Under the pieces are notes generated by a model that saw only the letters and a list, made by a program, of their open reading frames with translations, made no database searches and was not told the origin of the DNA. A stretch of 63,614 bases of DNA, counting the filler, from Hyphochytrium catenoides (taxonomy: Eukaryota > Protista > Hyphochytriomycota), in the NCBI GenBank assembly GCA_900088475.1. It is 6 parts of 6 records of this genome, joined end to end, with 100 filler letters (N's around TTAATTAATTAA, not from the genome) between each part and the next. Parts side by side here need not be neighbours in the genome. Positions count along the whole stretch, not along the records: positions 1 to 25,126 come from FLMG01002213.1; 5 more parts are not named here. One strand, 5' to 3'. Shown here piece after piece: positions 1 to 11,279 of this stretch (position 1 is the first letter of the stretch; each line of letters opens with the position of its first letter). The position numbers and the translations under genes were made by a program.

Positions 1-393
1 GAGAGAGAGAGAGAGAGAAGATCAGAGAGAGGAGAGAGAGAGAGAGCAGTAGACATCGTACGTACAAGAGAAGAGAACTTATCAAAAGGAGGAAAGACGA
101 CGTGGAAAGGTTCTAGGTCTACAAAGTGGTACTCGTACATGATGATGAGAAAAGATTGAGCAGCAAAACGAGAGAGAGAGAGAAAGACAAAAATTCTACT
201 AGCAGCAAGGTACACTCGAGGGTAAAAGAGAGGGACAAGAGACAGAGAGACAGAGAGAGAAGAAAGATTGAGAGAAAAAGAGAGAGCGAGCAGGTGCAGA
301 GGAGAGAGGGAAACAGAGAGAGAAAGAGTGAGCGAAAGAGAGAGAGAGAGAAACGGAGAGAGAAAGAAAGAGAGAGAGAGAGAAAGAAGAACT

Positions 394-431
<38 letters not shown>

Positions 432-900
432 AAGAGTGAGAGAGAAAGAGAGAGAGAGAAAGAGAGAGCGAGAGCGCGCAAGAGAGAGACAGAGAGAGGA
501 AAAGGTAAAGAGCTGCTGCTCGGCCATTTCTAGCCGTTTCAGGAACGACAACAACCTGTCGGAGACGGATGGGGGGCCACCCAGGGCTCACACATTCACT
601 CAGGAAATGGTTTCCCTAACATTATATTAGGGCGGCTCCCTTGCTAGGTTGATAGATGATGTCCGCGTGGGCCCCAGCAGACCAGAGGAAATATTCAGTC
701 CACGTCGGAAGGGGAAGACGAGAAAGAGAGGGAAAAAGAGAGAGAGAGAGAGAGAGAGAGCGAGAGGAGAGAAAGAGAGAGAGAAGAGAACGGATCTATC
801 GACAAGGTGAGAGAGGAAAAAAGCGACGACAAGAAAAGAGAGAGAGATCGAGGAAAAGAGAGAGGAAGAGAGAGGGAGAGACTGAGAGAAAAAAAAAAGG
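1..900. repeat. (GA)n / GA-rich low-complexity microsatellite tracts
   Basis: Long imperfect GAGAGA runs interrupted by short complex islands (about 50-170 and 505-710). The ORF-track ER/LS-rich ORFs here are simply the repeat translated. Confidence 0.9.
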
Positions 901-1538
901 AGCCGCCATTGTTTGACAAGCCTGCATCACTAGATGTTGCGTTTACTTCTTACCTTAGAACCGGATATTGCACAGGGCGAGAGGAGACACCATCCCTTGA
1001 CCTCGTGTCCGCCTGTGTCCCGGCGCCGTCGCATCATCCCTTGCAGTGTGTCCAATATACTCAACAGAGAGAATGGACGAAGTTGAAGCTCTCTTGTTCC
1101 ATTCTTTCGAAACAGAGACAGCGAAATAGTCGTGCACTCCTTCTCACTTGTCCCATCTTACCAAGCCTCCGTCTCTTCTCTCTCCCCTCTCTCTCTTTCC
1201 TAGAGCTTCCTCTCTCTCTCTAGCTCTTCCTTCTCTCACTTCAACTTTCTCCCTAACATCTGCTGCTCTTTTTTCTTTCCTTCTGGGAAGAGGGTGAAGG
1301 AGGAGAGCGCGCTCTCGGTACACGTTATCAGTGGTGAGATGAGAAGAAAAGGAGAGCTAGTATGCGAAAGTAAAGTTTATAAGATGGGAACGGAAGGAAG
1401 CGAAGCGCAGGGATGACCGAGAAGAGACAGAGCCCACCAGGTCGCGGTTATTACTGTTAACAGTGTAAAGGAGAAAGCGGGACTCTTGAGACTGCTGATA
1501 GGAGCGGCTTAATCTTGACGGTTATGAGAAGAACGTCT

Positions 1539-1588
1539 TTTTCTCTCAGGGCTGGATGTGCCGTTTTCTCTCAGGGCTGGATGTGCCG
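1539..1588 (+). repeat. Perfect 25-bp tandem duplication
   Basis: TTTTCTCTCAGGGCTGGATGTGCCG at 1539-1563 and 1564-1588. Confidence 0.9.
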
Positions 1589-1611
1589 TGGACTCTATCT
1601 AGGAGGGAAGA

Positions 1612-2334
1612 TGTGGTCGGTCATGTTGCTTGCAGTCTAAGCGAAAGACCGGAGTTCTCATGCTTGCCCTGCTGTCGTGAAGCTTTAAGAGCCAGCTGAC
1701 GTCTGGAAGGGCGTCGCAAACGGTCCAGCGCGGAACAGAAAGTGTCCCACTCTCCTCAGGGAACCAAGGAGGGCATGACCCTAGTTCCAGCACTAGTACG
1801 TCCACTCAGTGGGAGCAGCTGGCTCTACTAATCGATGCAAGGAGGAGTTCCATGGCTGCCTACTTTCCATCCGCAATAGCTTCCTGAGCACTTCCAGGCA
1901 TCACGAGTAGTGGAGCAGGCTTGCCTTGATCGCAACTTATCACCCTTGCACTACAAAGCGAAAAGGTAGTGGACAGCAAAGGAGACCTTGCTGCTCTGTA
2001 CCCCACGCACGCTTTTGAGGCTTTTCCACCCTACTCCTCCTTTGCTCCTGTGCATACCTTACGGCGCGAGGTAACTCACTCAGCCGAGGTACCCGGAAAC
2101 GCGCCACGGGCAAGATGCTCTCCATCATTTGACCTTGCTACTAGGTCAACTGACTAATATCTCCTTACAGACATCAGATAATGACGAAAGGGAAGTGACT
2201 AGTCTCATTAGTTAGGCAAAAGTGGGCTACTTTTAGACTAGCAAGTAGAGCAGCACGTGGACCAAGGCCCTCGTCATACAAGGAACCGCGAACCAGGATC
2301 TTCAGGCAAGCTTCTGCTAGCGTCATTCTCAACA
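1612..2334 (+). mobile_element. Possible LTR remnant
   Basis: Purine tract AGGAGGGAAGA (1601-1611) followed by TGTGG. The segment ends CTCAACA (2334), the reverse complement of the TGTTGAG terminus of the solo LTR at 37230, exactly where the decayed PLAC8-NHL reading frame stops. No TSD found. Confidence 0.25.
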
Positions 2335-2834
2335 TTGCTGCTCCACAAAATGATAGTTGTTAACAAGCGTCCAACTCCACCCTTATAAGTCACTCTGGAG
2401 GACAAAGCTATCGCAGCCGCAGGGATCCGTGAGATCAGAGAAAGCACTGGAGCGTCTAGAAGAGCTTGGGATTGCGTAGATACCTCGTTCTGATGGCACC
2501 GGTAGCATTCGCACCTCCAAGTGAGTCCTTGTGACCTTCAACTCCTGTTGGATAGGTGCCACCGAGGGTCTCAAACGCAGTTATGAGCTTGAAAGACAAA
2601 TCTCATGCACCATACTGTGTCGAAGGAGCTCCCATTGCAATAATATAAGCTCTGCAATTTCCTATTAGCAGATCCCGATAGATGATTCTTGTTCAGCTTA
2701 TGGGCAGAACGAGCTCGTTGGTCGAGCACCGAAGAAGAGGCTCCTGCAATGCTAAACAAGGTGACCATGCCCTCGGTGTTCATACGGCTGGACATTACCG
2801 GGGTGGAGAGGGACAGAGAGAGGAGGAAACACAT
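2329..2834 (-). pseudogene. Decayed C-terminal (NIDO-like) segment of PLAC8-NHL paralogue 1
   Basis: Pieces MNTEGMVTLF, CMRFVFQAHN, HLEVR and SFVLQSDL*GWSWTLVNNYHF align with paralogue 2 (MDTSGMVKVY, CMRFVLQAFN, YLEVR, SFVLQSDLNGRSWVLHNHYHLE). They carry frameshifts (about 2830 and 2570), stops and an internal deletion. Confidence 0.75.
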
Positions 2835-5235
2835 CCTGCAGGGTCATCCTGAACAGTCCCTAGTCCTGCTATGGGAGGATAGACTGATGGATCAGTATCG
2901 AGGGGAGGCACGGCGCCTCCCTGATCCCACCCAGGAAGGCCAAAGTTCCCGGTGACCTGGCGGATCATATAGTGCCCCTGGTCAGCAACAATAACAGCAC
3001 CCGATGAGGTGAGGGCGATGCTGCTTGGACGGGAAAGGGCGACCCTCGCTCCAGGGCCATCCCCGCTGTTAGCCTGTCGATCATAAGTATTGCCGGTCAT
3101 CCCAGCGAGTGTCCTAACTTCTCCACTAGTGGTGATGACACGAATCGCGCCACTATCACCACTCTCGCAGACAAAGATATTGCCATCGCCATCCACCTTG
3201 AGATCCTCAGGATAGCTAAAGAGGGCGACCGAAAGGCTGCCGTCCCGATGAGCCGGCTCACCCTGCCCAGCAACGGTGGAGACCATACCGTAAGAGTCTA
3301 TCTTCCTTATCTTATGGTTTCCGGAGTCTGCCACGTAGATTTTACCCTTCTGATCCACGGCAACGCCCGTCGGATAGCGAAAAGTAGCTAGCATGCCCGG
3401 ACCGTCATTAGCTCCAGGGGAGCATGTTCCCGCAATAGTCCTGACGCTGCCCTTTCCTACCATGGATACTTTTCGGATGCGATGGTANNNNNNNNNNNNN
3501 NNNNNNNNNNNNNNNNNNNNNAGGAAGAGACCGGATAGCGTCCAGCTATCACGATGACGGTGCCATTCGGAAACATCCGACAGATCCGGTCATTCCCTGC
3601 ATCTGCAATGTAAATGCTTTCATCTGTATCAACGAAAAGGCCGCCCTTCATTCCTATCATGAAACTCTGCGGCGCGGTAATGCGATCTTCATAGAAGCTG
3701 CCTGCCACATCGAAAGTTAGAGGTACCGTTGACACAAGCCCTGCGGCCGTAACTTTCCGAATGAGAACCTCCTTCACACCCCAAGAAGGCGCTGCCAAGC
3801 TTGTGCCGTAAGTTGAGCTATGCTCAGCAGTGGAACCACGAACCAGGCGCGCGGTAGACGGGTCGATTGGAACGTTATCATGGCCTACGTTGTCGAAGAA
3901 GGAGTAGAACGAATCGAACAATATATCTACCACGTAAATGGTTCCCTTGCTGTCGACTGCGACGCTAGATGGTTCGAAGAAAGAAGCTCTGTAGGTTAGG
4001 CCATCCTTATTGCCTCTCGACGGGCTGTAGCCGAACGATCCAGCGATGGTGGTCACCACCGGCCCACTTCCAAAACTCTCAAGCGAAGGCACATCACGAA
4101 GATTGCCGAGCAATAGACCTAGCCCTGATGCTAGCAAGATTGCGGTGATCGTCCAAAGCCATGAGCCGAGACAAAAATTCCTCTTCCTTGACTTATGCCT
4201 CGCTGCGATCTGTTGAGGCGTGGGGGTCTCTTGCCTTCTCTTTGCCCTGAGGGTACTGTTCCGAGCAGGTGCATCAGAACTCATTGGGAGTGGCGCAAGC
4301 GAACAACAACTAAACTCCTTGTACATCCCTAATTCAGCACCCATCTGCGCGACGGTGCATGGCCCACACCACAGAATGCAGCAACAATCTGAGCAGCAGT
4401 TGCCCTTAATGTTAAGTCTAGTCCTTACTTTGCCGCGCAGAATGATCCACATACTTAGGGAGAGCAGTGGGCTGATGATGACGCAGACAGCGAGGCCAAC
4501 CAACGTCAAGACAAAGCGTCCAGAGTCAACCTGTGTGGTGGCCAAAACAGACCCATCCACGTAATAGTTGTACGAGGTCGGGAAGGCAGCTGAGATGCAC
4601 AGCGTGCTGCCGATGGCCGCCAGTATGTAAGGAAGTGTGGAGACGATAAAGGCAGACAGGACAGTCATTGCCCCCGCTCTAGCGGAGATCTGGGTGTACG
4701 CAATGCAAGGCAAGAAAAGGCTCATCAGACAGACGTCACAATGGTGGCAGAAGTCACAGAGGCCAAGCCCCCAGTGCCGAGCTAAGCGTGGATAAGAAGA
4801 TGGCAGAGAGGTTTGTTGGAGGTAGACTATGTTGGTGGCACCAGTAGATGTCACGTTCCCGTGTGGCAGCGTACTCGAGGGTGGCGAAGTCATGGTGGGC
4901 GGACCGAAAGGCATAGGAGATGGCCTGAGAGCTGTTGCTTGAAGCTGTGTCTGCATAATGATAGTGCTTGGCGGTTGGAAGGAGAGGCCGTTGGCTGGAA
5001 GTTGGAGCTGACTGAGATCCTGAAGTGGCATGGGCTGAGGCACCCCTGAGGAAGCCACGGCCACCATTGGGGCGAATGATTGCGGTTGGTAAGCAGGAAG
5101 ACCACTCGGCAATGTCCTTTCGGGCATTGCATTCCAATTTCTTGTCGAGCCGTCTCCGTCATTGATTCTCACGTCCTCCCAGCGGCGGGGAGAGGATTGT
5201 TGCCTTGTGAGGCTGCTGCTTGGTGAAGCAGACAT
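2795..5235 (-). CDS. PLAC8 (Cys-rich) domain + TM + NHL-repeat protein, paralogue 1
   Basis: PLAC8 motifs WGLGLCDFC..C....FLPC and R..VR....I.G.CCSDCC...WCGPC...Q; a hydrophobic helix; then NHL repeats (F.EPSSVAVDSKGTIYVVD, FRYPTGVAVDQKGKIYVADSGNHKIRKI, FSYPEDLKVDGDGNIFVCE). ORFs 3457-5235 and 2795-3463 join across the N-gap at 3488-3521 (YHRIRKVSMVGKG resumes after the gap). The true start may lie further upstream. Confidence 0.8.
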
Positions 5236-7283
5236 CCTCTGTAAGCCTAAGGTTCTGTCTGGAAAGTATGAGAGATTCCCGGGCTCCTGTCCTCGGCACT
5301 CCTCCTCTAAGTATGTTGGCCCGGCTTCTTCTTTAATTGGCGTCGCTCGCGTGCTTCCAGAAGAGGTAGCAATCGAAGGAGCCTGCTGTGCACTTCCAGC
5401 TCGATCAGGAGGTGGTGGAGATGCTGAATGGCCACTACCAGGGAAGATTGGACTATGGCCCGCCGCTGATTCCCATCATCAGTCCTCGGGGCAGCGCTAC
5501 TAACTCCTACACATCGCCCCGCAAGAAGGATAAGAATAGACCTCCTGACGTACCTTATAAAAAGATATAACTGTCATGGAGGCTGAGCAGCGACCAGTGG
5601 ATACGGCAGAGACGATGTTGAACCCCTGAAGACGAGCCATCGTCGTGCCATCTTCCTCTTCTCCTCGCTTTCAAACAGTTGTAGCTCTTCTGCCTTCCTT
5701 CCTCACTCCCTGGTACTCCTGCTGCTTCCCCACACTTCTTCCTCCTCTTCCACCTGCTGACCACCCTTCAAAGAGACCAACCATACTTCTCTTCCTCTCA
5801 ACAAACGCTACTGCTGCTGCCACAGATCACAGCGGCTAAAGGGACGCCAGGAGGAGGCAACAGGTCGGTCGCTGTCAACCAAATCTCCATGTCTTCCTTG
5901 AGGTTCACCATCATCATCTCTTCCCATCACCCTCCTCAACACCTCATTGTCTTTTACTACCGTTCCTCGTCCTCCACTCTTCACCATCATCGGCCTCCTC
6001 ATCAACAGCATGATGGGAGCAAAGAGAAGGAGAGGGAAGGACGATGAGGGCGGCAGCCTTCCGTCAGAGCAGACGTAAGAACATAAGAAGAACGCTGCTG
6101 GCCACCACCACGGACGCGCGCCCCAACCAGCGATCAGCTGCCTGCAACCAAGAAAGCTAGTCGTTCAGAGGCGTTAGCAGCTGTATCCGTTACACAGTGA
6201 CCACGTTGTGTTGTGCACTGAGGCCCAGCTGTAGACCGCTGTCGAAGAAGATCCATCATCACCCGCCTCTTGTTTGCCTTTGTGACTTACAGAGCGGAAC
6301 CGAGGGAAGAATGAAGAACGGACAGATCCACTGTTGAGCCTCCGAGCCTCTTCTTGTCGTCTCAGGCTAGACGGATGGATCAGGTCATCAGCACTAGACA
6401 TAAAGAGTAAGAAGAGTCTCTTCTCTGAGCTGTCAGAGGAAGAATCTGCTAAGCGTAGAAGAAAAGGAGGTGCTGCTGCCACGAGTTGTTGGATAGCTTC
6501 TGGCGAGCCATTCCCTGCTCTCTAACAACCGAGCACAATGAAGAAAGGTAATGAGCTGCAGGTGCCCTGATAGTCCTGAGCACTTGCAGTTCGAACGTAG
6601 GCGAAGGACAAAGCTGTCTTCTGCCATGCATCTTATTATCAAGTCCATTCAAGGAGAGAAAGCGCATGCCTTCTTGACTCACACCATGACGCCCTCCAAC
6701 GATACAACGCTCCGGGACTGCTCTAGTTAGAGACAATGCTGAAGAGTGCGAAGTGCTCGTCCAAGGCCTTGGATTGGGCTCTCCGGAGAGTGGTGTCATC
6801 AGCAGATCGTCATGACTCAACCCCGGCGACTCACTTCACTTCTTTTACCCTGCTCTGCAAGCCCTCTAAGCTTGAATGATTCGTCGTTAGGTCTGTTTGT
6901 CTCCATACGCTTACCCTTCTCTGAGGTTGCAGCCTTCTAGCCTGCTTGCTAATCAAGAGATGCTGTCGAGCGGCATCTGTAGGAGGTCGTCTATTGCTTC
7001 TCCACTTCTTCCTTCTGGCCTCATAGCAGGCACAGAAGGCCAAGTTCTTTCCTCCTGCTGGTTCGGCTGACATAGCAATCAATAGACACTTAAGTGAACT
7101 TTAAGGAGACGCGTACCAGGTGCATAAGAAGGCACGATGACAGGAGCAGGCCCTACTCTCTTCATATAGGAGCTACGTGTTATGATGATGACGGTGCAAC
7201 GCTAGTTATAAGATCATCAGCTCAAGCCAATGAGACCTGCATGGGCATTGGAGTCGCGCGCTAGTTGCATTATCGATGCCAGC

Positions 7284-10200
7284 TTACTCTAAATGATAGT
7301 GGTTATGCAGTACCCAGGACCGTCCATTGAGGTCACTCTGCAGCACGAAGCTGGTGCCAGCGGCAAGTCCCATGAAAGAAGCGAAGGCGCTTGATCGCCC
7401 ATTTGATGATTCAACGCTGTAAGCACCTGGTGCCGAGCCTACCGACTGAGCCCGCACCTCCAGGTACTGGGCACTGGAGCTTCTCAGCAGCTTCATTTCC
7501 CACCTGATTGTTGGCACGGCCGCGGGCTCTGAGGAGTCAGAGTATAAGTTAAACGCTTGAAGAACAAATCTCATGCAAGACACTTCTTCTAGCCCTGGGC
7601 ACGTTGTGTCGTAGGACAAGCGGCTGGTCCTTCGATCTCCATAACCAAGAGAGATCTTATCCTGGCCGGGGTCATATCCAAACCCAAGCTCGTTATTAGC
7701 TGACCAGGAGATCCCGCCATTGGCGCCTCTGCCATAGTTCATGCCAAAGTAATAGTAGTCGAAAGGAAGCGCAGATAAACCTACGGAAGCATCGTCTGCT
7801 CCAGCGAGCGCGTACACTTTTACCATGCCAGAGGTGTCCATATTGGCCACGCCATTGCCCTTCTGCAGCGTCACCGCACCATTTGAAGAAGGCATCTGTG
7901 CGAGCGGAGGTACCGCGCCCTTCTGCCAACCCGGAAGACCAAGGTTTCCAGTCACTCGGCGGATCATAAAGTGTCCTTGGTCGGCTACAATGATGGCGCC
8001 GGAAGGAGTAACGGCCAGGCTGCTTGGATTAAGCAGGCTTACACTTCGACCAGGACCATCCTTGCTGCTCCCTTGACCATTGGCGCCCACTATTGTATGG
8101 ACCTCCCCGAGAGTCGTGATAACCCGAATAGCTCCATTACCGCTCTCGCATACGAAGATATTGCCATCGCCATCAACCTTCACATCCTCGGGGTAGCTGA
8201 AACGCGCAATAGATGCAACGCCGTCCTTATAGCCAGGGGAGTTTTGTCCAGCAACAGTTGAAACCGTGCCGTCAGTAGCAATCTTCCTTATCTAATGGTT
8301 CCCTCGATCCGCGACGTAGACTACGCCATCCGAGCCAATGACGATACCGGCTGGAAACCTAAAGGAAGCAGATGTACCTCGACCGTCTGACGAACCTGCA
8401 TAGCCTGCGCCAGCGATAGTAGTGACACTACCGCTTCCAACGAAGGAAATCTTCCGGATGCGATGATACCCAGTATCAGCAACGTAGATATTGCCCCCTT
8501 CATCGCTTGCAATACCACGAGGCCCAGAGAAAGTGGCGGTCCTGAGCTCCTCTGTAACAACTCTTGAGGAAGTATAGGAAGAGGAAGAGCCCGAAGAGCC
8601 GCCAGCTACCACGGTGACAGAGCCATCTGACGGAGATATCTTACAGATGCGTTCATTCCCTGCATCTGCAATGTAGATGCTCTCATCTTTGTCAACGACG
8701 AGGCCGCCACCATAGGACGAACTCAAACCACCAACGCCATTGGAGTCAATAGAAGAATGGCCGCCACCAAAGCTGTCCGCAATGAAGCGCAAAGATAGGG
8801 TGGAGACAACACCGGCTGATGTGACTTTCCGTAGCAGCACCGCATTAACCGAGTGAGAGGAGGCGGAATAGTCTCTCAACATGATATTCTTGACGAGGCT
8901 CGAGTTAGAAGCCTCGGTAAGAGGTAGACTGGTAGTAGCAGAGTCAGCGGTGCTGTTGGCACTGGTAGAATCTTCGTCAGCTAAATAAGGTGAGGACGCA
9001 TCGACAACGTATATTGTCCGGCTGTGGCTCACGGCAACGCTGAACGGCATCAGGAAGGAGGCTCGGTAGGTGCTTCCGTCACGATCCCCACGATAGTAAT
9101 ATTTGGATGAGCCAGCGATGCTGGTAACGACAGGACCACTGCCGAAGCTGCCAACGCCAGGTGCCTGCAGACCTAGCCCCAGACCTAGCCCTAGCGCTAA
9201 GATAGCGGAGAATGTCTATAACCCGGCACCAATGTAAAACGACTTCTCTCTTAACTTGTGTGCCACTGCGATTTGCTCTGGCGTAGGAGCATCTAGCTTC
9301 CTGTTAGCATCATTGTTAGTTGGGGCCGTAGTTTTGGCAGGGGATGCGGCTGAATAAGATGAGAGAGGTAGTGGCGCCAGTGTCCAGCAGCCAATATTGT
9401 CGTACAACCCCACTTCGCTACCCATCTGGGTGATGGTGCAGGGGCCACAGCATGTTATATAGCAGCAATCGGAGCAGCAGTTGCCCTGGATGTTGGGCCT
9501 AGTCCTTACTTTGCCACGGAGAAGGCTCCACATGGCTAGGGAGAGCAGTATACTGGTGAAGCAGACGACGAGACCAGCAATGAGCAATCCCAGAAAGCGT
9601 CCCTTGTCAAATTCCCCAGTGGCAATGACAGCGCCGTCCACGTAATAGTTGTAGGATGTCTGAAAGGGTGCCGAGATGCACAACGTGCTGCCAATGATAG
9701 CCAGGATGAAATAAAGGAAGCGTAGATAGGACAAAGGCAGGAAGAGCTGCCATCGCTCCCGCTCTAGCAGAGATCTGCGTGTACACGACGCAAGGCAAGA
9801 AAACCCCCATCAGACAGACGTCTTGTCTTTGACAGCAGTCAAAGGGATGGAGCTGCCAGTCTTTGACTTCAGGCCACTGAGAAGGTGGAGCACGGTGGGA
9901 AGTGCTGGTAGTATCACATCCACCATGTTCGTAAGGAGGGTCAACGAAGATTGGATTCGGTAGAGTGCTGCTGCTTTCAGAGGCCACAGTCGATGGACGT
10001 ACAGCAGACAAAGCATGCTGTTGCTGCTGCTCTTGATGAATGATGGTTGTTGGCGGATGTGTAGGGGCGGTGGTCTCCCCAGCGACCGTGGTCATTATGG
10101 TTGCTCTAGAAGCAGCCGCAACAGGCGGAGTAGTCGTGCCGCACAGATACGGCGCGGCATCCACCTCATTACCCATCTGAGCCATAGCGCAAACACCGCA

Positions 10201-11279
10201 GAATATGGCATTGACACAGTCATCGGAAGCACTCCCTGATATCTGACGCTTTACCCGCACCCGATGACGCGGGACAGCTAACAGAAGCACGTAGAGAATG
10301 CAGGCGATAGGGTAGAGAATAAACCCCAGAATCTGGGTTCCACTGGTCTGCGGTGTTGCCACTCTGTACCTATAGCTGTTCCCGCCGGTGAGATACGTCT
10401 GATAGGAGTAAACATAGTTGCTCGGACTGCAGGACAGGGCAATGCCAGCCACTTGAACGGCAGCGATGAGGCAATAGAGAGCTACGCCACTGAAGAGGGT
10501 CAGATTTGTCCGAAGAGCCAGCCGGGAAAGAAAAAGCTCACTACACAGATGGTGCTGCCGGTGGAACAGCAGTCACAAAGTCCGTAGCGCCAATGGGCCT
10601 TGCCAGAAGATCGCGTAGCTTGTAGAGCGCTGTTTGGTTGGTCCATCGCCATCATTGACCGTGGTGACAGGTTTGATGATGGGGAAGACGGCGGGCTGCG
10701 GTTATTGTCGTGGTGCCTGCAGCCTGTCTCTCATGGAAGTGCTGCGAGGAGAGATGGTGCCCGACCGCTCCGCCGCCATCCTGCGGCGGTTGATGATGGG
10801 AGGGTGAGAACGAGTAATGAGGCCGAGGCTGCTCATTTCGATGGGAGACAGGTTGAGGATGCTGCGGCATGTACGGAGGAATAGCATGAGAGATACCTTC
10901 CTGAGGGCCCACGTCATTGGAGCGTGCTGCTGATGGTAAGAAGGCAATTGAGGAGGATCTATCATTTATGGAGCCACGTAATGATAGGGTGACAGAGTGG
11001 GTCAACACTCGCTGGGGCTGATGGTGGCCGATGGTGGAAGGCTGGTGAGGGGCCTAGCATGACGACGGGAGATCCTTCTTGGTTATTAGAGGACGGGTAC
11101 GTCGAGAGATCTCCTTCCTCCAGAGGAGGCATCACTGGTTGAGCCTTCATAATGATGACAGAACCAAAGGCAAGACCCTCAGTTTCCGATGGAGGAGGTT
11201 TTTTGTGCGTGAGAGTTCCTTGGCTGCCTGCCACCTTGGGCTCTGTCTGTCTTGCGCGAGTGTCGTGGCAAGGATCCAA
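7284..11279 (-). pseudogene. 2x PLAC8 + TM + NHL-repeat + NIDO-like protein, paralogue 2 (disrupted)
   Basis: PLAC8 #1 (WRYGLCDCC ... DDCVNAIFCGVCAMAQMGNEV, about 10600-10160), PLAC8 #2 (WQLHPFDCC ... CCSDCCYITCCGPCTITQMGSEV), TM, NHL repeats, C-terminal DDA....LPFDYYYFGMNY...ISWSANNELGFG. In-frame TAGs at 9216-9218 (W in paralogue 1) and 8292-8294 (K in paralogue 1), plus several frameshifts (about 9730, about 10520 and upstream). The 5' limit is uncertain. Confidence 0.8.

Noticed and set aside
119-1223. ER-rich and LS-rich ORFs in the ORF track (also 44700-45700 and 51250-51700)
   Set aside because: Translations of (GA)n/(CT)n tracts that lack stops by composition; no conserved motifs.
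3457-3521. Frameshift splitting paralogue 1 into two genes
   Set aside because: The break coincides with an N-gap of estimated length; NHL sequence resumes directly after it.
5500-7200. Protein-coding genes between the PLAC8-NHL paralogues
   Set aside because: Only short low-complexity ORFs with no motif or splice support.
8292-9218. Stop-codon reassignment (TAG/TAA read as amino acid)
   Set aside because: The two TAGs align to different residues (K and W), frameshifts co-occur, intact genes end in TAG/TAA, and the Q-rich gene uses CAG/CAA.
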